From an uncultured Gammaproteobacteria bacterium (GTDB taxonomy: Bacteria > Patescibacteriota > Patescibacteriia > Magasanikbacterales > UBA922), in contig OZ246405.1 of assembly GCA_965231005.1 (NCBI GenBank), forward strand, positions 738,709 through 802,708: 64,000 nucleotides of DNA, read 5' to 3'. A program made the translations under genes and the position numbers. The notes under the pieces were generated by a model, which was not told the DNA's origin, made no database searches, and saw only the letters and a program-made list of their open reading frames with translations. Shown here piece after piece: positions 57,886-64,000 of the stretch. Each line of letters starts with the position of its first letter. The first letter of the stretch is position 1.

Positions 57886-57972
57886 AAAATATTATCTAGT
57901 ATTTATTATCTATCATCTAATAGTTCATCAATTAATTGTGCTCAAGGTATCTGTAAATCATACTTTGAAATT

Positions 57973-58389
57973 TTATATGTTAGATAATGATTTGAGATAG
58001 TCATCAATAACGATTTTAACATTTGGTGCGCAGTCTTCAGGAAGGTTGTGAATGTCAAACCAACCCCATTCTACAACATCATCACCAATTGAAATTTCTC
58101 CGGTTCTTTTTGCTAGAAAATGAATAAGAATGGTATATCTGGTATCATCCTCAACCCGTTTCATCATGAGTGGTCGGAGTGGGCGTAATATTTCAACATC
58201 AATATTTAATTCTTCCTTTGCTTCTCGTATACAAACGTCTTCAAATGTTCCATTAAAATCTTCCATTTTTCCACCAGGAAAGAACCATGGGGTTATACCA
58301 AAATCTTTTTCTTCTTTATCAAGTAAAACCTTACCATCTTCAATGATTACAGGTCCACAGGCAATAATTGTATTTGGGGGAAGAGTCAT
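57973..58389 (-). CDS. NUDIX hydrolase
   Basis: Nudix box GGKMEDFNGTFEDVCIREAKEELNI. Confidence 0.8.
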   Translation of the reverse strand: MTLPPNTIIACGPVIIEDGKVLLDKEEKDFGITPWFFPGGKMEDFNGTFEDVCIREAKEELNIDVEILRPLRPLMMKRVEDDTRYTILIHFLAKRTGEISIGDDVVEWGWFDIHNLPEDCAPNVKIVIDDYLKSLSNI

Positions 58390-58539
58390 ATGTTATAAAA
58401 TTATGATACTAGGATAGCATACCGGGAGGTCGTCATCAAGACGTGGAATCAAACAAAAAACAGGCCTAGTAGACTTGTTTTTTTGGTTGATATTTGTGTT
58501 TATCTCAGAGTATATCTCTTTTTGCAAAAGAAATATGCT

Positions 58540-58578
58540 CCGAGCCCCGACCGAACGTTGTTCAGTCAGGGCCCTCGG
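58540..58578 (-). terminator. conserved 3' hairpin of cassette A (paralog at 59233..59269)
   Basis: CCGAGCCCCGAC...GTCAGGGCCCTCGG imperfect long stem immediately after the stop codon. Confidence 0.45.
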
Positions 58579-58594
58579 TTGAAGATTGAATTCG

Positions 58595-59029
58595 CTACTT
58601 CGCGTCGGGCATGTCGAAGTCGTCGTGTCCGGCGTGGACGTCCTTCATGTGGTAGATCTTGACGATGCATTTGCCACCGCAGTCGAAGGTGTCGCCATTG
58701 CCGACGTAGGAAACGCTGTGTCCGTCCGGGTTGGAGTTGCCCACCTGGAAACCGTGGGCCAGCCCCTTGGTCGTGGTCTTGACGGTGACCTTCGGGCAGC
58801 TGCTGTACGCGGCGACGAACGACGTTCGGCCCTGCGCCTTCTTCTCCAGCTTCTGCACGTTGTACGTACAGTCGCTCTGGAGGAAGACGGCATGGATGTC
58901 GTCGATGTCCATGTAGACGACGCTGGTGGTGGCCTTGCTGGTCTTGTTGTCGGGCTTGTCCTCGTCCGGAAGGATGGCGATGAGGATGGCTGCGAAGATC
59001 ACGAAAATGCCGATAGTTCTGCTATCCAT
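58595..59029 (-). CDS. cassette A: small secreted Cys-containing protein (144 aa, signal peptide, 4 Cys); GC-rich
   Basis: The minus-strand ORF has a signal peptide (MDSRTIGIFVIFAAILIAIL), a Shine-Dalgarno GAGGTG upstream and balanced composition. The overlapping plus-strand ORF is V/G/D/A-rich junk. Confidence 0.6.
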   Translation of the reverse strand: MDSRTIGIFVIFAAILIAILPDEDKPDNKTSKATTSVVYMDIDDIHAVFLQSDCTYNVQKLEKKAQGRTSFVAAYSSCPKVTVKTTTKGLAHGFQVGNSNPDGHSVSYVGNGDTFDCGGKCIVKIYHMKDVHAGHDDFDMPDAK

Positions 59030-59064
59030 GTAGCACCTCGAAAGAACAGACCTTTGCGGCCTGG

Positions 59065-59147
59065 GTAGTTGAATTCAAAAGGAACCGAGGTCAGCGCATG
59101 GCGCCAAGTCCCGGTAGAGGGATCCAGCGCACGATTGCTAACTGAGT
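59065..59147 (-). promoter_or_regulatory. conserved ~85-nt upstream leader module of cassette A (paralogous copy at 59971..60053)
   Basis: The two copies have 2 mismatches over ~85 nt, and each lies 35-45 nt upstream of its ATG. The module contains the GCGC-atg-GCGC hairpin and GAATTC / GGATCC palindromes. Confidence 0.55.
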
Positions 59148-59232
59148 GCAAGACACAGTATGTCTTTTGCTCAACTAACAATTAGCTGTATTTTCTCACG
59201 GTATACTTCCTTTCTTTGAAGGAAACATGCCA

Positions 59233-59269
59233 CGAGCCCCGACTGAACGTTGTCCAGTCGGGGCCTCGG
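59233..59269 (-). terminator. conserved 3' hairpin of cassette B
   Basis: CGAGCCCCGACTG-aacgttgtc-CAGTCGGGGCCTCG, a 13-14-bp stem. Confidence 0.45.
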
Positions 59270-59285
59270 TTAAAGGTTGAATTGA

Positions 59286-59924
59286 CTACCAGCGGCCGTC
59301 GATCTGATACACGCACTCGTCAGTCTCGCACGTGAGGTTCGTCGTGAGCTGAGTAGGTCGGATGCTGATCTCCTTGCCGTTGTGGAGCAGGCGGACGTCG
59401 CCAGGAACACGATCTTTGTCTAGGTTCTTGAACGTGACGCTGTCACAGTTCGGGAACGAAAGAGGTCGGTTGCCCCAGTAACTCCAGACGCTTGCGGAAA
59501 ACTCGCAGACCTTCGAAACGCGGACGGGGTAAGGGCTGTTCCACAGTGCTTCGTCAGAGCTCTTGATGCTGTGAACGACGCAATAGCCGAGGCACGTGTA
59601 CCGGCCTTTCCCGGTTTGGTCCACGTACTTGGCATCCTGTTCCGGAACCTCGGGATGGTAGAGGCTGATCGTGAAGTTCAAGCGAACATCCTGCGCATCC
59701 AGCGTCAGGCTGTCGCATCCCGGGAATCGGGCCGAACGCTCAGCGCCGTAGCGGTGTTGGAATTTGACGATGTCCAGCGTGCACTTGTGGACCTCTGGGT
59801 GGTACGTGAGGACCGGTTCGATCGGCTTCGAGTAATCGAACTTGATCGGTTCCGGCGCCGAATCGTCGCACGCAACGAGGTTGAGGACAAAGATGGACGC
59901 AAGGGACAAAAGGAAAATACGCAT
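59286..59924 (-). CDS. cassette B: secreted lipoprotein-like Cys-rich protein (212 aa, lipobox LVAC, 9 Cys, internally duplicated ~70-aa module)
   Basis: ORF with signal peptide MRIFLLSLASIFVLNLVAC; an SD GGAG upstream; it precedes the same conserved leader as cassette A. Confidence 0.6.
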   Translation of the reverse strand: MRIFLLSLASIFVLNLVACDDSAPEPIKFDYSKPIEPVLTYHPEVHKCTLDIVKFQHRYGAERSARFPGCDSLTLDAQDVRLNFTISLYHPEVPEQDAKYVDQTGKGRYTCLGYCVVHSIKSSDEALWNSPYPVRVSKVCEFSASVWSYWGNRPLSFPNCDSVTFKNLDKDRVPGDVRLLHNGKEISIRPTQLTTNLTCETDECVYQIDGRW

Positions 59925-59970
59925 GATAGCGCTCCAGATTGGGGCGGCCGTTCAAAGGGTGGGGCCGGCT

Positions 59971-60053
59971 GTAGTTGAATTCAAAAGGAACCGAGGTCAG
60001 CGCATGGCGCCAAGTCCCGGTAGGGGGATCCAGCGCACGTTTGCTAACTGAGT
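59971..60053 (-). promoter_or_regulatory. conserved upstream leader module of cassette B (copy of 59065..59147)
   Basis: Near-identical to leader A. Confidence 0.55.
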
Positions 60054-60129
60054 TCAGAAGAAATTCTTCTCTGCTCAATCAACAATTTTTTTGACTCGTT
60101 AAAGCTTTTTCAATTAATGTTTTAAAAAA

Positions 60130-60216
60130 CAATTAACAATTAACAACTAACAAACTTTCTTTCACTATTCTTTGATTCAAAGAGTTGTTATTTGTTTCTT
60201 GTTAATTGTTATTTGT
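60130..60216. repeat. MITE-like element, copy 2 (short form) inside the GC-rich cassette island
   Basis: CAATTAACAATTAACAACTAACAAAC ... TTCAAAGAGTTGTTATTTGTTTCTTGTTAATTGTTATTTGTT shares its termini and the internal TTCAAAGAG core with copy 1. Confidence 0.45.
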
Positions 60217-60266
60217 TCAGCAGTTTCTTTCTCTTCAGTATAGCACTGAAAAGAAGAAAACTGCAC

Positions 60267-60297
60267 GCCCGACGGTTTTGGATATTATCCGTCGGGC
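60267..60297 (-). terminator. conserved 3' hairpin of cassette C (GCCCGACGG-loop-CCGTCGGGC)
   Basis: A 9-bp GC stem with the same stem sequence as in cassette D but an unrelated loop; preceded by the shared (ACT)GCACG motif. Confidence 0.45.
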
Positions 60298-60321
60298 AGC
60301 AGGTTCGGTGTAGGGTGCCGA

Positions 60322-60441
60322 TCAGGCGAACGCGCCGCTGTTGATGAGCGGGCAGATGAGCGTTGCGGCCAACGTGCACGCTGCCAGGAACGTGATGAAG
60401 TTGGAGGAAACGTACTCGGTGGGGAAACAGCTCGGGATCAT
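60322..60441 (-). CDS. cassette C: 39-aa hydrophobic single-TM peptide (MIPSCFPTEYVSSNFITFLAACTLAATLICPLINSGAFA); not in the ORF track
   Basis: Hand translation. Its start context CATGGAAAGCTCC is identical to that of the cassette D gene, and it sits between a conserved 3' hairpin and a conserved ~250-nt leader. Coordinates are approximate to within 3 nt. Confidence 0.4.
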   Translation of the reverse strand: MIPSCFPTEYVSSNFITFLAACTLAATLICPLINSGAFA

Positions 60442-60690
60442 GGAAAGCTCCAATGTGCCGACCCAACATGGGCGGGCGAGGGAAAATGGTCTCGTGGACC
60501 AGGTTGTGGTCGCACGAGTCGACCGGGGAACAAGAGTCTCTAAGAAGAACCTTGTATCCCGGTCGAACTAACCTTGAAGCTGAACCTACACTGTAATGAA
60601 CCTGCGAGTGGATGAATCTGTATCTCAGAAGTTGAGTTATTGATTACTTATCTCACTCGTACATAGATGGCATTTATTCTATATACCAGT
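60442..60690 (-). promoter_or_regulatory. conserved ~250-nt 5' leader of cassette C (paralogous to 61000..61250), with a long imperfect hairpin
   Basis: About 85-90% identical to leader D by eye. It contains TCGACCGGGGAACAAG...CTTGTATCCCGGTCGA stem arms and TATATA at its distal end. Confidence 0.5.
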
Positions 60691-60753
60691 AGATAAGTTT
60701 TGTTTTGAACAGTTCTTCTCTCCTCAATTAAGAAGAGAAGAGAAGGACTGCAC

Positions 60754-60785
60754 GCCCGACGGAAATATGGAAGTTCCCGTCGGGC
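60754..60785 (-). terminator. conserved 3' hairpin of cassette D (GCCCGACGG-loop-CCGTCGGGC)
   Basis: As for cassette C. Confidence 0.45.
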
Positions 60786-60810
60786 AGCAGGTTCGGTCGT
60801 GTAGGAGTTG

Positions 60811-60999
60811 TTACTTGCTGGCGAGCTGGATCGGCGCATCGCTCGTGTCCACGTGGATGTGGACCGTACCGAGATCGATGCCGCGCTCGAGCTTGCTGCG
60901 CGAGCTGTTGATGGACAGCTGGCAAGCGCTCAGGACGCAGACGATGATCGCGGTCACGATGATGCCGAAAACGGTGCTCTTGAAGTTGACAGTACGCAT
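60811..60999 (-). CDS. cassette D: 62-aa small lipoprotein-like or TM peptide (MRTVNFKSTVFGIIVTAIIVCVLSAC...)
   Basis: ORF in the track; N-terminal hydrophobic helix with an LSAC lipobox-like motif; conserved leader upstream and conserved hairpin downstream. Confidence 0.5.
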   Translation of the reverse strand: MRTVNFKSTVFGIIVTAIIVCVLSACQLSINSSRSKLERGIDLGTVHIHVDTSDAPIQLASK

Positions 61000-61250
61000 G
61001 GAAAGCTCCAGAAGTGCCGACCCAACGTGGGCGGGCGAAAAGGCGGTCTCGTGGACCAGGTTGTGGTCGCACGAGTCGACCGGGGAACAAGAGTCTCTGT
61101 TAAGATCCTTGTACCCTGGTCGAAAAACCTTTGGAGTTTCTGTACCTACACTGTAATGAACCTGTGAGGAGATGAATCTGTATCTCAGTAATGAGATGTG
61201 GACTACTTATCTCACTCATACATAGATGGCATTGATTTCTATATATAAGG
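61000..61250 (-). promoter_or_regulatory. conserved ~250-nt 5' leader of cassette D
   Basis: Same organisation as leader C. Its stem arms TCGACCGGGGAACAAG...CTTGTACCCTGGTCGA carry compensatory differences relative to copy C. Confidence 0.5.
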
Positions 61251-61530
61251 GGACAAGCTTTTGAAGAGGAATAACTGTGGGTTTTTGTGTCTATATATGT
61301 TATAGATTTTTAAACTCTTTGTTATTTTTGAACAGCATAGTATAACACAAAAAAAGGATCTTGTCAAGCCCCTTGCGAAATAATTTGGCTTAAATAAGGT
61401 AATAAATAAAAAAATGGCTTTGTTAAGCCAAGTGAAATTTTACTAAATAAAGGTATAAGATTGCCGCGGTCCCTTTCGACTTAGGCAGGCTCAGGGTCCC
61501 TCGCAATGACAGTAAAGTCAAATTTGTTTT

Positions 61531-63225
61531 TTAAGCCTTTTTGCCTTTTAGCTTTTTAAGCCTTTTAATCATATATGTTCCAATCTTTCTATATCCTAAT
61601 TTTCTATAATATCCACGTACTCCAACACCAGAAATAACAGCAATTTTATTACCTTTTTTTGCTTTTACAAGGTTTTCAGCTTCCTTCATAAGCCTTTTTC
61701 CTACCCCTTTATGCTGAGAAGCTAGTTCATTTCTTTTTCCAATTGAAACAAGCGTTCCATATACATGAAGTTCTCTGACAAAAGCAGCTTTTTTGATTTC
61801 AGGTATGAGTTTAATTAGATCCTTGTTTTGATCAGAAGAGGGTATTCGTAGGCGTAAGAATCCGTAAACAGCTATTCTTTCTTTATCTTCTAGACTTAAG
61901 AAATATTCTGTCCCACCAATTGTCTCATATTCATCAATAAATAACTGTGGTTCTTCATTGGCATCCATAATATCTTTTTGACGTCCAATTTCTCTACAAC
62001 GAAGACAAACACATTTTTTGCCTTGTTCTTTTAGTTCTTTTGACAAATCTTCTCGAAGGTTTGTAATAGTATTTCCAGCATAGATTTCATTTGAAGGAAT
62101 ATCTCTGATCAATCTAGAAATTCTGCAATAACGTGGTGTAGCAAGTTTCATTGCAAGAAGTGCACGAAACAATCCTTCATCACCATATGGCTTGTATCGA
62201 CCATCTTTCCACCACTGATATAATTCTGCAGATTTAATAACAGTATTTGGATAAATTTTAATCATATCAGGACAAAGTCCAGGATCAGAAAAAATTGTTT
62301 TGTACATTTCAATATCATGTTCAGGAGAACTTCCTGGAAGATCTGGCATGAAATGAAGGTCAACCTTAAATCCAGCACTGCGCAAAAGTAGCATTGCATC
62401 TCGAAATTGCTGTACAGTGTGTCCTCGTTGAATCAATTCAAGGATGTTGTCATCTGGAGCTTGTAGTCCAAGTTCAATTCTTGTGCACCCTTGTTTTCTC
62501 ATGTGCTGAATTGTTTTTGGAGTTATTGCGTCCGGGCGAGTTTCAAGAGTTATACCAATAATTCTATATCCTGCTGTTTCATTGTATGTTTGTTCTTGTT
62601 CAAGTTCCTTTTGAATTTGTTCAAGAGTCTTTTTGGCACACTCTTCTTCAGTCTGTTCTGGAACCTCTTTTCTTCTTGTTAAATTATTGCAGGCTTTAAA
62701 TGATTCCAAGAGAAACCAATATTGATATTTAATAGGGTAAGCATTCCATGTTCCACCTTTAATGATATATTCAATCTTGTCAGCATTGTGGCCATTGCGT
62801 TCAAGCATTTGAATACGACGCTGCATTTGCGTGTAAGGCGAAAAATTGAGGCGTAAGGCTCTTGCAGCTGCTGGTTCGCTTGCAATATAGCTTTTTGGCA
62901 TTCGAACCTCTGTAGGGCAATATACGCATTTTCCAGGACAGGCATATGGCTTGACCAAGGATGTGATAATAGATACCCCAGAAAGACTTCGAATACTTGC
63001 CTTGAGCATGAATGATTCAAAGAGTTTGCTTTTAGGCACTCTTTTCTTTTTTACTAAATTTTGATAGGCTGATATAAGTTCTCTGTTTGCAGGCTTACTG
63101 ATTTTAAGAGAACCACAAACTTTTTGTGCTGCATCATTAAACTCATCCCTTGTTTTAGGATGAAGATCAACGATGCCCAGGACAATCGTTTCAAGTAATT
63201 TGTTATCAAGTTTGTTTGTAAACAT
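61531..63225 (-). CDS. elp3: Elp3-family tRNA uridine(34) carboxymethyl/acetyl-transferase (radical SAM + GNAT)
   Basis: The radical SAM CxxxCxxC (CPGKCVYCP), an Elp3-type N-terminus and a C-terminal GNAT acetyltransferase region at 564 aa. Confidence 0.85.
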   Translation of the reverse strand: MFTNKLDNKLLETIVLGIVDLHPKTRDEFNDAAQKVCGSLKISKPANRELISAYQNLVKKKRVPKSKLFESFMLKASIRSLSGVSIITSLVKPYACPGKCVYCPTEVRMPKSYIASEPAAARALRLNFSPYTQMQRRIQMLERNGHNADKIEYIIKGGTWNAYPIKYQYWFLLESFKACNNLTRRKEVPEQTEEECAKKTLEQIQKELEQEQTYNETAGYRIIGITLETRPDAITPKTIQHMRKQGCTRIELGLQAPDDNILELIQRGHTVQQFRDAMLLLRSAGFKVDLHFMPDLPGSSPEHDIEMYKTIFSDPGLCPDMIKIYPNTVIKSAELYQWWKDGRYKPYGDEGLFRALLAMKLATPRYCRISRLIRDIPSNEIYAGNTITNLREDLSKELKEQGKKCVCLRCREIGRQKDIMDANEEPQLFIDEYETIGGTEYFLSLEDKERIAVYGFLRLRIPSSDQNKDLIKLIPEIKKAAFVRELHVYGTLVSIGKRNELASQHKGVGKRLMKEAENLVKAKKGNKIAVISGVGVRGYYRKLGYRKIGTYMIKRLKKLKGKKA

Positions 63226-63967
63226 GAGTATTATTATGAATCAAGATGATGTCCGCCAAAGGCGGATCAGCCCTCGGCTGGCAAAACAATTGATTACCAT
63301 GAACCAAGAAACCTATGATAATATTGCAGATCAGTTTTCTGGTACAAGAGATTATCTTTGGGAAGATGTAAAAGCACTTGTACAGTATATCAGAAAAGGG
63401 GAGTCTGTTTTGGACCTTGGTTGTGGTAATGGAAGATTATATCAGATATTTGAAAAAAATCAAGGGAGCTATACTGGCCTCGACCAAAGTGCAAATTTGA
63501 TTACACTCGCAAAAGAAAAATTTCCTGCAGGTAGATTTGAAGTAGGGGAGTTTGCACTGCTTCCTTTTGATGATAATTCGTTTGATAGCATTTGGGCAAT
63601 TGCTTCTTTTCATCACATTCCATCAGAAGAATTGCGTATAAAAGCATTGCACGAAATGAAACGAATACTCAAACCAAATGGAAGGATTATTATGTTGAAC
63701 TGGAATATGTATGGTGAGTGGGTTCAAAATAAAGTCCAGTCTGGCGCATATAGAGAACCAGCTCCAGGAGACTTTATTGTTCCTTGGCGCGACGGTTCAA
63801 AAAAGAATTATGGTGATAGATATTATCATGGGTTTGTACCAAAGGAAATTGAAGAGCTTTGTAAACACGTTGAATTAAATGTTGTTGAGCAGTACTATAT
63901 AAAAATGCAGAAGAAAAGTAACAAAGAGGAAGGAGATAATCTTATAAGCATTATTCAAACAAAATAA
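63224..63967 (+). CDS. class I SAM-dependent methyltransferase (Methyltransf_11-like; Trm9-like candidate)
   Basis: Motif I VLDLGCGNGRLYQIF and post-I acidic D. It is divergent from elp3 with overlapping start codons. The start is at ATG 63224 or 63236. Confidence 0.7.
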   Translation: MSIIMNQDDVRQRRISPRLAKQLITMNQETYDNIADQFSGTRDYLWEDVKALVQYIRKGESVLDLGCGNGRLYQIFEKNQGSYTGLDQSANLITLAKEKFPAGRFEVGEFALLPFDDNSFDSIWAIASFHHIPSEELRIKALHEMKRILKPNGRIIMLNWNMYGEWVQNKVQSGAYREPAPGDFIVPWRDGSKKNYGDRYYHGFVPKEIEELCKHVELNVVEQYYIKMQKKSNKEEGDNLISIIQTK

Positions 63968-64000
63968 AATATCCGGTAGTACCGGATATTTTTGTTATTG

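Noticed and set aside
58586-61167. Plus-strand ORFs inside the GC-rich island (58586..59068, 59571..59978, 59842..60051, 60341..60571, 60767..61156, 60808..61167) and minus-strand 58645..58893, 59420..59635, 59705..59902, 59740..60078, 60728..61090.
   Set aside because: They have V/G/D/A/R-rich composition typical of spurious frames in GC-rich DNA, no signal peptides, and they overlap better-supported minus-strand genes or the conserved non-coding leaders. The 60209..60469 minus ORF is in the wrong frame relative to the conserved CATGGAAAGCTCC start context.
58540-61260. Interpretation of the 3' hairpins as integron attC sites and of the array as a classical integron.
   Set aside because: No intI gene or attI is present in the window. 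The hairpins lack the outer R''/R' (RYYYAAC…GTTRRRY) core pairs. Each cassette also carries its own long conserved upstream module, which is atypical for integron cassettes. The idea is kept only as an analogy.

Overview
This is a 64 kb, AT-rich (roughly 35-38% GC by eye) bacterial chromosomal segment with dense small-gene packing. I infer a small-genome Patescibacteria/CPR-like organism from the gene content, not from any search: a split ComEC, a GxxExxY protein, an Elp3 homologue, a membrane H+-pyrophosphatase and many glycosyltransferases.

Recognisable housekeeping genes:
- rplU, recR, ybaB, dnaB, murA, ctpA, a class B PBP, hup, rny, truB, msrB/msrA, hppA, infB, trxA, gdhA, an IMPase, leuS, a MutY-like glycosylase, tsaE, glyA and elp3.
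- Two tRNAs: Glu-CUC and Met/CAU.

A large surface-glycan locus spans about 3.6-19.7 kb:
- a GT4 gene, two divergent GT-C-like polytopic membrane proteins, rfbB, an rfbD-like gene and a long-form rmlA-like gene;
- two cupin genes, four tandem GT2 genes and a PEGA-domain protein;
- a HIT-NUDIX-NUDIX cluster embedded in the locus.

Several patches are far more GC-rich (50-60%) than the background and look foreign. They are an ArsB/NhaD-type permease gene, a 194-aa hypothetical gene, a ~200-nt structured non-coding island, and a 2.7 kb tandem array of four minus-strand cassettes at 58.5-61.3 kb.

The array is the most interesting feature:
- Each cassette is a conserved long 5' leader plus a different small secreted or membrane Cys-containing protein (39-212 aa) plus a conserved 3' hairpin.
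- The cassettes fall into two families, A/B and C/D.
- The leaders show compensatory stem changes between copies.
- The system resembles type I toxin-antitoxin loci or an integron-like cassette array, but fits neither cleanly.

Other notable items:
- LeuS carries a ~180-aa YdeN/RBBP9-type alpha/beta-hydrolase domain inserted between the CP1 editing domain and the second half of the catalytic core.
- A MITE-like inverted-repeat element is present in two copies.
- A heptamer-based long palindrome lies upstream of the PBP gene.
- Two tandem paralogous secreted repeat proteins sit beside a TSP3-repeat surface protein.
- The elp3 gene is divergently paired with a Trm9-like methyltransferase.

Coordinates for non-CDS features were read by hand and may be off by a few nt. 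CDS coordinates follow the supplied ORF track, with starts trimmed where stated; some track 'M' residues are TTG or GTG alternative starts.
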